From assembly GCA_013265495.1 (NCBI GenBank), contig MU058584.1, positions 2,732,508 through 2,796,507 on the forward strand: a stretch of 64,000 bases of DNA. Reading direction: 5' to 3'. This document shows, one piece after another, positions 36,396-49,700 of the stretch (positions are counted from its first letter, which is position 1; every line of letters starts with the position of its first letter). Below the pieces are notes generated by a model. The model saw nothing but the letters and a program-made list of their open reading frames with translations. It did not search any database and had not been told where the DNA came from. The DNA comes from Vicugna vicugna. Lineage: Eukaryota. A program made the position numbers and the translations under genes.

Positions 36396-38931
36396 AATAC
36401 TACAGGAAGCTTCAATTCAGTGCAGTTCTCTGGGGGCCCCTCAGTTCCTGAACTGAACTGAACTGAAATTGCCAGGCACTTGGCAAGGTGAACCTGAGCG
36501 AAGGAGATGGCACATAGCAACCGTTTTCTATCACCTGCTCCAAAGACAGGATCACTTCCTTATTTTTAAAGAAAAAGTACTGGCAGTGCTTCCTTGAACG
36601 TGCTTAGGGGGGCAGTGACCCCATTTTAAGTACTTTCCACCAGCAGGCGCAGGCCAAACACTGAATATCACTTCAGAGAAACAAGGGAATAGGGCAGAGT
36701 TTAATACTTTACATTGGCACGCTGCTTTATACCGTTCAGGGTACTTTCACATACGTGATTTTACTTGATCTTTACAACAAACCTGTGAAGCAGGCAGAAC
36801 AAGTAGTTTTATCTATTGTTTCAAATGAATCTTTGAGGCTTAGGAGAGCTGGGAGATTTCCCTGGTGTTGCCCAGATGGCTAGTGGCATGTCCCCTGACC
36901 AACCTGTCCTTTGTCCTTTCTGCCACCTCAGATAGAGCAGGGTGAGAAAAAAAATATATGAATTAAAAGTATTCTTAGGATAATATATAAAATAAAAGTT
37001 AAGCAAGAAAAAAGAGGCAAATACAATCATAAAGTGTATTTTTAAATGCCCAGCAGAGTTTTGGTTTCACTGAAGGTCTTGAACTTATGAAATATGTTAA
37101 CTAGTGGTGAGAATGTTTCTTTTAGAGAATATCCTGAAAGCAGGTAGATTCTCATCTGATCTGGGACCCAGCTCTTTCAAACAGTCCTTGCATCTGGAAG
37201 GGATCTGATTAGTGGAGATTATGCAAGTGTTTGGTGGAAATGCCTCTCCCCAGGTGGCCCTTGGGCACCTCAGGATGGAGATCTCATGATCACGTTATGA
37301 GCTCTAGAATCCCTAGTGCAGAGCCAGGCACATATATGTAATTAACATATTTACTCAACTGATGGATGAGGGATGCACTCACTATATGGGGGACGGGGGG
37401 ACGATGGCAGTAAAGGTGAAAACACAGTGGATCAGGAATCAGAGGACCTCAGTTTCATTCCCAGCTCTACCACTAAGTCTGTTGGGTCATCAGTTCACCT
37501 ATCTGGGCAACAGTACTTCCTCTCTGAAATGGTGGGGCTGTGCTACGTGGTCTGTAAGTCCTTCATGGTGTATAGTTCGTGTAATCAGACTGGCTTTGGA
37601 CAATGGGGTGGGCAGTAGAACCAGTGGATCCTTATCAAGTGCTCTGCAGAATTTGTCAAGGTGTAGACTAGCTGATGTGTCGAAGTGATGTGTCTAAACC
37701 AATAAAGATACACCTTGTTTATTCACAGTTTTCTCTTGTACGATTTATTTTACCTTTCCCAGTGAATTGGGGATCACGGATCCCTCTTCTAAACTTCTAC
37801 CCCAGTGCTGTTTCACTCTGGCCTTAGTCAGTAACAGGAGGGTGAATAGTTAAATTTCCAGTTGTGAAAGAGCCTTCTGATCATGCCTCACCATTTTCCA
37901 TTTTAATCTCAAACACCATCATTTTACCTTTTTAATGAAAAAAGATGCCATAGAGCCATCACCCAGAAGCTTTTTACAAAAAACAAGCCATGTTTCCCTT
38001 TTATCAGAAGTGTTTTTCCCCCAAGAATTTGTGGTGGTGACGTAAACAGGCTTTAGAAGAGGCTTCCCCAGTTACAGACTTTTAGAATCGAAAGTGACCT
38101 TAAATCTTCTCTGGCCCAACTATTTAGTTTATATTGGTCAAATTCATTTCCCTAGAGCTGCCACCTCCCGTCCGTTGATTGCTCAGGGTTGGCCACTCAA
38201 AATGTCAAATCCTGGTTCCAAGACCTGTCAGATGTGGGCAGAGCAACCCTCTCCATCCCATTCACTTTTCCCTGAACCCACTGCAGTTTTTCTCTATCTC
38301 ACAAATTATGGCAGCCAGGCCTGCTGCAACTTTCCAGTGATAACTGTGTTCGGGACCTCTTCTCTTTCCTCTGGCGGTAAAACACTCATAGCATGGCCTG
38401 ATTTTGCGGTGGCATTTTCAGTGGCTAGCCGCTGTTGACTCACACTGTACATGTTATCAACAAAACCTGCTCAGTCCTTTTCCACACAGGCTGCTGGTAA
38501 GCCACGTCTTCCCCAAATTGCAATTATACAGTTGGTGTTTGGCCTCAAGTGTGCAAACTTACATTTATCCCTGGTAGGAGATAGGCAGCTGTTCCAAACA
38601 TCAGGCATATTGCAACTTCAAGCAGATTCCAAGAGATCCAGGGGCTGTGCTTTAAGGAGGAAATGTGGTACCCTTGCCTGGCTGGTCCAGAAGCTGCCAT
38701 CATTAGAGGACAGGCAAGGGCCAATGACTGAAGAGTAACCATGGGGTTACTCCGAGGTTGCTGCACACCCAAGAGGAACCTTGGGGTACTTCTTCAAGTG
38801 GAAGTTGTCCTGACCCGGTTCAAGTTCTCTCCTATCACATGGCTTCAGTCAAGAAGCAATCTGCAGAAGATGCAGATGAGACAAGCAGACCAGCTAGGGA
38901 GCTACCCTCTTCCCTGTGGCAAAAATAACCA

Positions 38932-38972
38932 AAAAACAAAACAAAACAAAACAAAACGAAACAAAACAAAAC
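38932..38972. repeat. (AAAAC)n microsatellite
   Basis: Read directly from sequence. Confidence 0.9.
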
Positions 38973-39624
38973 AGGGAAGTAACACTGTCAGGCTAGGGGA
39001 GAGGGGTGGGGATGGAACAGTGAGCCGGAGACTGGAGACCCATGGTTGGTGGGAGGGAGGCAGAAGGCGAGGGAGAAGGACATCCTGCTACAGAGTGGAG
39101 ATGACAGGAACATGTTTTTTTACTTTCCTTTTCTTGCTCTCATTTCTGTGTTTTATTAAGGGAAACACAAAGGGAAAATTGTGTTATTTGTTAAAAAATG
39201 TCAAAGTGCATTTGGAGCAAGAGGAAAAAAAGCAGACACATTACTGCCTAGACAGAGAAGGCAGTGCTCTAAATGGGGGCGGCCAGAGACTAGGGTGGTG
39301 GGGGACACACTGGAAATACAAACTCTCCTGACCTCTGGATGCTTTTCCCGGGAACCTCCTGGCCCTGCGCTGACATGCAGATCTCTTGAAGGAGCTGGAG
39401 GACCAGGTGCCTCGGCATTTTCTTGAGTGAAAGGGGGCATCCAGACCAGCTGCTGGAAGAGGAAGGAAATCAGGCGATGCCTAAGCCAGATTCTCCCGCC
39501 AACATGGCAAGGACGGCCCTAGGCACGGGGGGAGGGGGGGGGCTCATCCAGGCTAACAAAGGCATCATTTAAAGCACCACATTCTTTGGCTCTTGTATTA
39601 GGGTCATCTACATGCCTACTTTAT

Positions 39625-39965
39625 CTCCCTGTTGGACTGTGAGCTCTTTCAGAAAAGGGTCCATGTCAGAGTCTTCTGTTTCTCCTGTGCCCAGCACGAT
39701 GCTTTACACACCAAAAAGACCCAACGAATATTTGTTGACCACATCAAGAATGCCCTAAATTTGAGTCTACTCCATTGCCCAAGTGGGTGTACTGGAAAGA
39801 ACACGTCTGGTCTTTGGAAACAAAGAAGACTGAGTTCAAATCCCAGCTGGGACATTTGTAAATAGTTCCATCTTAAGTCCCCCATCCTCTCTGTGTTCCG
39901 GTTTCCTTATCTGTACAAGGAGAGGAATTCCTCAAGAGTTACTAGAGATGATGGATGTGAAACAT
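39625..39965 (+). mobile_element. L2 3' end followed by MIR
   Basis: ggactgtgagctc...cccagcac...gaatatttgttga, then gagttcaaatcccagct...gtttccttatctgtacaa. Confidence 0.65.
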
Positions 39966-40224
39966 CTAACCATCTGTCTAGTTAACTTCATGTTTGAACA
40001 TCCTTTACGTCTCCTTCTCACCTCCCCATGAATAAGGGGGTGTAGTTTCTGAAGGAAAGTTTTCTTGGCTTTGTCCTGTTCTCCTGAGCAAACAGGAGCC
40101 CGCCAGCATTCAGACAGAGCCCAGGTGCCTAATGATAGCAGTTGTCACTGGGTAACTGAGGCATTTCTGTGCCTGGGATAGACTGTGATCTCTCGCTGGG
40201 AGATTGGCCAGGGGGTTACAGGAT

Positions 40225-40560
40225 GGGTCGTGGGGTCACACAGACCTCGGGTTGAGCTTTGACTCTGCCACTTACAATGGCCTTGGGCAAGTTCCTTAAT
40301 CTCTCCAACCCTCAATTTCCCCATTTAATAAACTGGTGAAATAATTGGAGTGTTTCTGTGTGTGTGAAATGAAATAATACATACAGAACACCTAGCACAG
40401 TGATAGGCACATAGTAAGAATTCAATGAATTTCCGTTGCCTCCATCATCATCATCATCATCAGACAGTAAGGACCTCTAGGACCATGTTTTATTTACATC
40501 TGTGGCCCTAGTACCTAGCACTTAGGCACTGGTATCCAGAGAATGTGACTTGAATTGAAT
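40225..40560 (+). mobile_element. MIR, (CAT)n at ~40443-40462, then L2 tail
   Basis: ctctgccacttac...ccttgggcaagttccttaatctctc...ggcacatagtaag; then ccctagtacctagcac. Confidence 0.7.
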
Positions 40561-42279
40561 CGAACTGAATACCGAGTTGAATTAAGACAGTCTTTGGCAC
40601 TGAGCGAGGTTCAGGTGCTGTCTGACTTCTGGTTCCACCTACAACCTGAGAAGGGGTTTCTTTTGGAGCAATGCCACATGCTCCTAACGAGCCCCCAGAC
40701 TGCAGGCTTCCTGCAAGAGTCCCACAGTCTTGGGCTTTGACCAACCCTTTCCTTGATGCCTATAGATACTTCACACAAGATACCAGGAACTTGGATATGA
40801 CGGGGGATGGGTCGGGGGTGGTGCAAGGAGTAAACTCTCCAGGCACCAAAACAGAAAAGGATCTGTGAAGAGATGGGGTCTCATTCCTCTGCCCACCATA
40901 CTCAGTTGCCATGCAGGCAATGGTGAATGTGTCTGTGGAGTAAGAGGCAGGCCCTGGACACCAGGCCCAGGGGAAGAGTTGGCGGGTGTGGCTATGGCCT
41001 TCTGCAGCATTGAGGTGTCCAGTGCTGGGGCGCGGCAGCTCTGAACAAACCTCCCGGGCAGGCATTGCCCAGGGGTAGCTCTGGGCTGAGCAGGTGCGGC
41101 ATCCACCACGCCGGTAGCAAGAGCCCAGCTATGTACAAGTATTTTGAGGAAGGAAGGGACCCTACCTGCATCTCCACGCATCAAGGACCAGAAACAAGAA
41201 TGGCTGCTGCCAGAACACCAAGGTTGCCCCCTACCCATTAACCTACACATGCCCTCATTTCTTCTGATGAATATACCCTGTTTGTCCAATTGTTAATTTA
41301 TTTCCATAATATATCCCACCTCATTTCCAAAAAAAAGATTTGAGGTGGTGTACAAATATGACTAATACTGAAATGGATTTTGTAAACATTAAAATTATAT
41401 ACTAGGAACAGAAAAGCAAATCTTTCCCCAGATAATAACCCAGGGCTAGTCTTTTCATTGTGATAGAATGTTAAATGTCACTCTGAGTTTACAGGGTGAA
41501 ACAGAGAAAAGCTAAGCCCTACCGAATTGCTCTGATCACATCTAACTGTGTGTCAATTATATGTATATGCCTAGTTGGCTAAAAGAACAAAACCATATAA
41601 TGCATGGCAATAGAGATCAAGTCTGCGACCTCATTCACAGTGCTGCAGAATTTTTACTTTTATATGACTGTATCACTCTCCTTCTGAAAAATTAACATAA
41701 AACCTGAAGATGTATACAACAAACTAATCAAACAGAACTATGAGGTCAGGAATAGAGAAAACACACACTGCAGATATGCTAAATATGAGTTAAAAGTTGC
41801 CTCTGGAGGGCAGGAGTTCTGTCTATGTCCTGCTTACCTAGTGATCTAACATCGCTCTGAGTCCATGTTTGGCAACTGTTTTGTTTTGAATGAGCAAATG
41901 AGTACTGTGGTTGAGAGTCAGAGTTGCCTCTGAGCTTCCTGGTAGCTAGAGCAAAAAGGGAAATAGCCACTCTATGAATATTTTTGCACCAGTATTAGAG
42001 TCATGACTGTGGATTTGTTTGAATAAAGAATTAAGTGTATCCTTAATCCTCATAGCTCTAGATCCCTGTACCCAAAGGGTAAGCAAAAAACTTTTCTACC
42101 CCAATCCTCTGCAGTTTTCTTGCACAAAATGAATATTTGGTGCATGAACATATTAATGAGATCATTAAAGAGTCTTTGATTCATCTAAAGTATAATCATT
42201 GCCACCTTCCTTATCCTGTAGATAATTTATCTACAATCCTTTCTGAACCTTGAAAAACAGGGGGAAAATTTGTCCAGAG

Positions 42280-42760
42280 GTTATTGAAAGTGAAGAAATT
42301 CCAGGCAGATGGCAGGGCTTGAGTGAAAGCACAAAGGGCAAAGGGTTAGGTGAGGTGGAGGATCTCTGTGAACATGGGAAAGTGAGGCAAGCCAGGAGGT
42401 CTGAACACTGCACCTTAGAATTTATTACTTTGTAGGTAATAGAGGGCCTTTGAAAGTTTTGGACTGGAGGAGTCAAATGTTAGGCGCATGGTCCAAGATA
42501 ACTAAATCTGGTAGCAGTGTGGCTGATAATTCAAAGGAAGAAGAAAGGGGAGGTAGAACAGAGAAACTTCATTACTCTAATTTAAGTAAGAAATCCAGGG
42601 CCTGGGCCAGAGCAGGGACAGCAGAAAGGAAGGGGGATGGATGTAAAAGACAGCTCAGAAGCCAAGTCAGCAAAGCTCAGTGTCCGCTGAGCTGTGGCGT
42701 GGGGAAAAAGGAAGGAGAAAAGGAATTGGGGAAGCTGGGGTAATGATGAGGCAGTCACAG
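42280..42760 (-). mobile_element. L2 fragment
   Basis: ccaggcagatggcagggcttgagtgaaagcaca...gtaggtaatagagggcctttgaaagtttt...; purine-rich L2 body. Confidence 0.6.
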
Positions 42761-44274
42761 AAGGAGGAAATGCTGAAGGAAGAGCCGCTGGATGGGGTGC
42801 AATGAGAAGTTTGGTGACTTTCCCAAATGTTTTCACATTCATTATCTCACTGATTTCACATGCAAGTGGAGTGAGGTCCGCCCTAAACGTCAGCCTGAAA
42901 AATCCTCTGCCCCTGTTTGCAGCTGCCAAGTTTCAAGGACCAAACCAAACCTTCACCTCAGACCCTTCTGGCGACGGCAGGGCCTCCATTTGCAGGTGCT
43001 GTCCCCGTCCCAAGCGGCCCAGCGTCCTCGCAAGGACGAAGCCACCCTGTCTGGTTCTGGGCCAGCTGCAGCTCAGAGCCAGGTAGCACAAACACTCCGG
43101 GCTGCCATGCTCCCAGGAACACAGAAGGGCGTGCCCCAGAGTTCAGCCAGAGTCTCCAGAACATCTGGGCAGGGTGGGGAGGGAGGAGCGGAGCCATTGG
43201 GGTTTGGAGTTCCTTCAGCGTCTCATCTTTCTCCCCACTGGGTAGCAGGCTTTGCTTTCACCACTGACTCACTCCCAGGCACAGGCAAGTGGTTTCAATC
43301 TGGCTGCATCTTTCCCCCGGAGCCTCAGGGCAGAGAGTATTTCCCACCTCCTGAGACAGTAGGGCGTTAATGAGAGGGCTCTGCGTGCACCTGGCAGAGC
43401 TTCAGCTGGATGAGGCTGGCCATCATACAAAGGGAAGAAATACTGACCCAGGCATGAAAAGTCAGCCCTGGAAGGAAGGGACCCCGGGCTCAGTGAGCCC
43501 CGCCTGCCACCTCACAGATGAAGGGGCCCCCAGGCTCAAGCTGCTGCCCCACGCCGTCTTCATTGGTGTTCAGACTTACACGGCAAGCCCTCCGATGGAT
43601 CCCCCGTCCCAAGAAAAGTCTCGATTTTTTCTCCTCACAAACTGGCCCCAGTAGACTTTCCTAGCTCCTTTTCTCCCTCTCCCTTGACTCCAGGCACTAA
43701 GTCTCTGCTCCCACCAGTGAGTGGCCCAGACATTGCCCGGCACACCCCTGCGCTCAGGCAGGCTGTGTCCTCAGCCAGGAGAACCCCCAGCCCCCTTTCC
43801 TCTCTGGCCTGTTGAATACCTACCTCTTATGCTCTCGGACAGGTAATTAGCACTTCCTCTGGGTCCCTTCACAGGCTGTTTCACATTTATCACATGATAT
43901 GACCAGTTTTTCTTCAAATGCCTGCCTCCTTCACTGGAAACACACACATCTGTGTCCTATGGAGCTCTGTGTCCTCAGAGCCTGGCAGAGTCAGGCTTTG
44001 CTGACAGATGGGGAGGAAGGATGGAAAAGGCAGATACTGATGGGGTTCAAAAACCAGGGAATAAAAACGGAGGCAGGGAAGCCGTCCTCGCATTCCCCCA
44101 ACCCACAGTTCTCCCGACATCTCTTAGGTATTCGGTTCTTGTCTCCTCCCAGAGTTGCTTTATGTACATCAAAGAAAACTCAGATAGAGATCTGTAACTC
44201 TGCCCTTTGTAATCCAAAAGGTAATACTACTTGAAACTTTTTCCCCACCAAAAACCTCGTTAAATCCTCCAAAA

Positions 44275-44540
44275 TTTTTTAATCATTTTTTATTGAGGTA
44301 TAGTCAGTTTACAATGCTGTGTCAATTTCTGGTGTACAGCATAATATTTCAGTCATACATATACATACATCTATTCCTTTTCATATTCTTTTTCATTATA
44401 GGCTATTATAATATATTGAATATAGTTCCCTGTGCTATACAGTAGGATCTTGTTGTTTATTTTATATATAGCAGTTAGTATCTGCAAATCTCAAACTCCC
44501 AATTTGCCCCTTCCCACCCCCTCCCCCTACTCCAGTAACC
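44275..44540 (-). mobile_element. L1 3' UTR fragment
   Basis: ttttattgaggtatagtcagtttacaatg...ctgcaaatctcaaactcccaattt; same family as 18660-19424 and 21514-22064. Confidence 0.88.
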
Positions 44541-45061
44541 GCAAAATTCTTCATATTCATCCTGTCTCCATCTAAATCTCCAACCTGTAGGTTTAAATAT
44601 CCATGAAACTAATTAAACCACACATTTAATAAAGTTACACTACAGATGCAGCTTGGTTTTAAAAAGGGTTGCGTTTCCATGCAAAGATCACATTGCCATT
44701 AAACCCATCACATTTTGGTACATTTAGGGGTAGGTTATTTACAGATATCCAGGCATGATTCTTCTTATCAATCAGGAAATCGTACACAAAATATGTCTTA
44801 GGTTCAGAACACTTCAATTTGTTAGAACCTAGAGGCATATTCTAAAGAGAATGAGGTTCTCAGTCTCCCACAGAAACTTCCTCAAAACCTTTAGAAAGTG
44901 AGCCAAGAGCTCGGGCTGGTCCCCTGGCCCACAGGACGCCAGGGACAGCGTCCAGCTGGTACATAGCTACTTGCTGGAATCCCAAGGGAGCGGGAAGCCC
45001 CTTCAATGAGTTTAGCTCACAGCGGTACCACCTAACGATTGAACTGTTGAAGACTGTACAT

Positions 45062-45389
45062 CAGGGGTCCACCAAGTCTCACATGGGCCCAACCCAGCTC
45101 TCTGTCTGCTCTCGGAAAACTTGCAAACTCAGAATGATTTTCACATTTAAAAATAATTTCATAAAATCAAAAGGAGAATAACATTTCATGACATGTGAAA
45201 ATAATGTGAAACTTAAGTTTTGATGTCCCTAATAAAGTTGTATCCGCACACAATTGCTCTCTTGTTTATCGCCTCCGGCTGCTCTCACACCACGATGGCA
45301 GAGTTGAGTAGTTGGGACAGAAACGCTATACTCACAAGTCTAGACTATTTACTATCTGGCCCTTGACGGGAAAAGCTTGCTAAGCCCTA
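45062..45389 (+). mobile_element. MER58B-like hAT MITE
   Basis: caggggtc...aatgattttcacattt...taataaagtt...ggcagagttgagtagttg...tatttactatctggccctt...aaagcttgct. Confidence 0.8.
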
Positions 45390-46027
45390 TTTTAAAAGCT
45401 GTTTCAAGACCCAAAGCAGACGTCTAGGTGAGATGGGCTTGTCTCGCTCAGCTTTGCGTCTCTATACCTGGACAAATAGGCCATTAGGTTTTTTGGGAAG
45501 TGGATCCAGATCTCAGTGGTGAGACTTTTACCCCTTTTGAAGAAAGGCATCACCACCCTGAACCAGCGCTGAGCGATCCCTCATCTGCACCAGGGAATCA
45601 AACTGACCTTTCCCAGTTGGTCCTTCCTGGAGTTCAAGGTGAGCAGGTGAAATCACCAGTCAGCTGCAGGTCACATCACCCTCCTGCAGAACTGCAGGTT
45701 TCCACAAGAGGGCGGCCGCTCTCCTGTTTGCAGTTTCTCCCATGGCCTCCCCAGCTTTGGAGAGCGGCCCTGAGACCTCAGTGCCTTGCCAGCCTCCATG
45801 GAACTTTCTCTAGGTTGACGGTCAGGAATGGGCTGTCTTCCTGTGCAGGAACCCACATAAGCCTCCTGGTCCCACGCAGCTAGCATGAAATCTTGGTGGT
45901 AGATCATCAAACCTGTTAGTCTTAAAGTGTCTGCAATTTACAAAAAAAAAAAAAAGAATACTGGTTGAGTCTCTCTCACACCTCCTTGCCCCCTGCGGAT
46001 CTCTTCTGCTATTCCAGTCAAGCACAT

Positions 46028-46641
46028 TGTACCAGTGTTTAGGCTCTTGTCTCTCAGTTCTAAGCTCAGCCTTGCAATGTTGGGGCCAGGACTCTGAAAA
46101 CCACATTTCTGTTTCCCAGATGATTCCATGTTAGGTTCTGCCAAGTCAGGATGGTGGAAGAAGGGATTTACTTGGTCCTGGAATTCTGCTTCTTTGGGCT
46201 TCCTCACACCTACCTGTTGCTCTCAGGGACACCCTAGCAATGCTTCCTCACCCCAGGAGTAGCAGTGTCTCCCTTTGAGAGCAGCTGAATCCAGTTTGCA
46301 TCTTCTCCACACCACAGAGCTAGCTCCCTGGTGTCCACTGCAGGGACACTCACACCAGCTGGCCATGCCCCATCCTCAAAGGTCTGGGTCCCGGCTCCAC
46401 CAGGCTTCTCTTTCAAGGTCTTAAGTTTTATAATTCCGACTTCTTCCCTTGGCCCTCAGAGCTCTATGAGTGGTAGGGCCTCCTGCAACTGCTACATTTA
46501 TGATAAAATATTGTTCTCTTCCTGCCTCTTCAGTGACACAGTTAACAAGATGATGCTTAGTTAACTATTCTTTATATTAAATTCTCACTGTTCAAGCAAC
46601 TGAGGTGGCTTCTGCTTCCTCACTGGACTCTGAGTGATACA
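46028..46641 (+). mobile_element. Solo LTR, ERVL type (LTR33/LTR41-like)
   Basis: TG...CA termini (tgtaccag... / ...ggactctgagtgataca); attaaa poly(A) signal near the 3' end. Subfamily uncertain and no clear TSD. Confidence 0.6.
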
Positions 46642-47756
46642 TCACTCTTCTTTGGTCTGAAACTAACAAGACATTGAACTGTGATTATTGGATCACAGAT
46701 CCTCATAGAGACCCCCTGAAAAATTAAGTCTATGAATGCCTGTTATGCAACTATGTGGGAAAGACACTGGGCCTGAAGCTGAGAAATGGGCACCACTGAT
46801 TGTCTTAGGACCCTCCACACTGCCTGGGACCATAGCTCTCCCTGCCCTCGTCCAGCAGGTGGCTCTGTGACTGTGCCTGGGGGCGGAAAAGGGGAGATAA
46901 GACTGCAGATTAGCTGGCTTTTGTCCCTCTTGCCTACTCCCACCCAGCCCACCCCACCCCACCATCTTGACAAAGGAACCCAGAAAAATGAAACTACCCA
47001 GTGCCCCACAATGGCCTGGTAAGAGAGAGTTAAACTCTCACTTTGAAATTTTTTTCCAGTCTGGCAGAGGACCCTAATTCTCAGACATGACTCCTTCCAG
47101 GCAGCACCATGAGTGAGGAGAGAGAAAGAAGCACCTTGGGCAGGGAAGAAGGGGACACAGAACCCCCCATTTACTCAAACTTGACTAAACATGCCTGGTG
47201 ATTACCACTTAAGAAAGAGGAAGAAGCAGCTCAATGCCAGGAGTGGATTTTTTTTTTAATTGAAGTATAGTCAGTTACAATGTGTCCATTTCTGCAAATA
47301 TATACATATATTCATTCAGGAGCAGATTTTATAGCTGATGGGATCTCAATAAAAAGTTTTTTTCCAGTGAAAAAGTAAAGTAAACTTTAAAGTAACAATG
47401 CTCTATGGCAGATTTGGATCTGTGCAGGGGGAAGAGTGGCAAGAGGAGGCCGGCAGGGACTGAGCAGGCAGAAAGGGAAGTCATGTTCCATGTGTCTCTA
47501 CTTAAAACACAGCTGGGCTCTTTGCAGAGCAACTCCATCAGTGCAGTCAAAACCCTCTCTTTAGGAGCCACTGAAATGACAAACTGCTTGCTGACTGTGG
47601 ATTTAGAAACCAGAACCTCCTCAGCTGTCATTACTGGGAAGCACAGACCCAACCAAACGACTTTTCTGGAATTCCTTGTAATGAAATTTTTGCCCCTCCT
47701 TTCCCAGAATGCCCCCCACCCAGGTTCCAGCAGCACCGGGACATTGCTGTGAACTT

Positions 47757-47775
47757 GAGTGCCCCCTAGTGGCAG
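47757..47775 (-). promoter_or_regulatory. Candidate CTCF site
   Basis: Minus strand CTGCCACTAGGGGGCACTC matches the CTCF core CCASYAGRKGGCRS. Confidence 0.6.
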
Positions 47776-49439
47776 ATAACTGCAAAGGCATGAAGGTCAT
47801 CTTCCCCGCTTCCGTGCCCACTGGGGTGCACCGCAGCATTGACGGTGAACGCGACTTTACCCAAATCCTTATGTTGTCTTTCCACATTGCTATGGAGTTA
47901 AGCAAGTTTCAGCATCTTTATCTCCCTCTGCTTTCTGATTTTTCTATCCAGCTTTCTCCATTTAGCGGCTGCCTTGCTTGACCCCTCAGTCCCCCTTTCG
48001 TTGGAAGGCTGCGTACTTAACCTAGACAAGCCTTGGCTCTTCAAACTACCAGGCGCAGCTCTGGGGACACTGATGGGAGCGGTTGTATTTGGAGGGAGTA
48101 GGGTGGAGATGCAGAACCGGAGTATCCTCCAACTCTCAGACTTTCTGGTTTACAGGCTCGTATGGAGACAACCAACCCAGGGACTATGCCACTGAAACTG
48201 CATTGGGCAAATCATTCCAGGTCCACTCTTCCAGCCGACCTCAGGCTCCAAGATCCCAGGACCCAAGAAGCGAACTGGTCAACCACTCTTTCCTGTTCTG
48301 AAGAGATGTGTGCCTGGGTGAACACAACCCATCCCTGGCTGACTTAGGTATGGATCCCTATTTCAGGAATTCATTTCCTAATGAACAGTGAGAATTCAAC
48401 TCCCTTTTTTAAGCCTCCTACCCAAGAAGTTCTGGGGGAGGCAACTGGTTCTTGAGCAACTCTCTGATCTACCTCTGACCTCTTTTCTCCCTCCTCACTC
48501 TGGCTGTACGAGTATAGGGTGCAGGTGTGTGCCGTGGCCAGATCAGGGTGGGGTGGACGTGGTCGGGGCTGAAAGGACAGGAAGTACTATAGGTACCTGT
48601 CTCCCCTGGCTCTTGTTTCAGTGTCAGCTTGTTAGGAGACCACTTGGAGACCTGAATACAGCACAAATGCCTTCTCTTGAGACTGTCTTACTTCTAGGAT
48701 GGCAAGTACAAGGCCTCCCTTCCAGCCCACTCGCCCACATACAGACACATAACAAACTGATGGCAGCAGTGAACTGATACGCAGTTCAGCTCTCTGCTCT
48801 GCAGAGAGCTCCAAACAGCCACTTCAAAACAGCTGGATTTGACCAATGAGATAAAACCTTCTTGCTGATCTTGGCCTATTTTAAAACATAAATGTGTGAT
48901 TTATTGTCATCTGGAACATGCACTGTTCCAAATCTGAGTTCTAAATCTGCTTAACTATGGCTTTGGAGATATCTCAAATCCCTCCCTACGCTTTTGAAAG
49001 TCTGAGTATATGAATTCTTTCAATATATTCATGAACATGATCTCACCCCAGGGCCTTTGCACTTGCTTCCCTTCATGCCTGTCCCGTTCTTTCCCTGGAA
49101 AGAAAGCAAAAGTGAATTACTGAAAAGTCCAGACTTTTAAATCATTAACGAAATACACTTTTATTATTATTTTCCAATTCGGGGGCACTCTCCTTATTCA
49201 CCATTCAGACACTAAATATCTCAGTTTAATTCAATTCAACTGCCAAGAAAAGCCACAAGCCCAGAAGTCATCAAAGAGTCCTTCAGGCATCAGCAGCAAT
49301 GAAAATATCCCAAAATAACAGGAAATTTGCTGAGATTCGGTTATTTCACTACCCAAATCAAAGTGAGATTCTTATTGACTGCCAACGCCTAGAAAGTGAG
49401 ACACTGCCAGCATCCAAGTCAAGAACAAGAAGAAACAGA

Positions 49440-49700
49440 TATAATAATAATGATAATAACAGTAACATCAAACAATACTAACAACTAATATTTACAGGAC
49501 CTGTTATAGGACATGCCCTACTCCAATTACATCACATGGATTACATAGATAATCCACATAACAACCAAATCAGAGAGGTAGTATTATTATCTCCATTTTA
49601 CAGATGAGAATACTGAGGTGCAGAGAATATAATGATGAAGGGAATAAAAACAGAACAAAGGAATCAAATTTTAGACAGTTTGACTGCAGACGTTGAAATG
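49440..49700 (-). mobile_element. MIR with (AAT)-rich end
   Basis: attattatctccattttacagatgagaatactgaggtgcagaga core. Confidence 0.8.
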
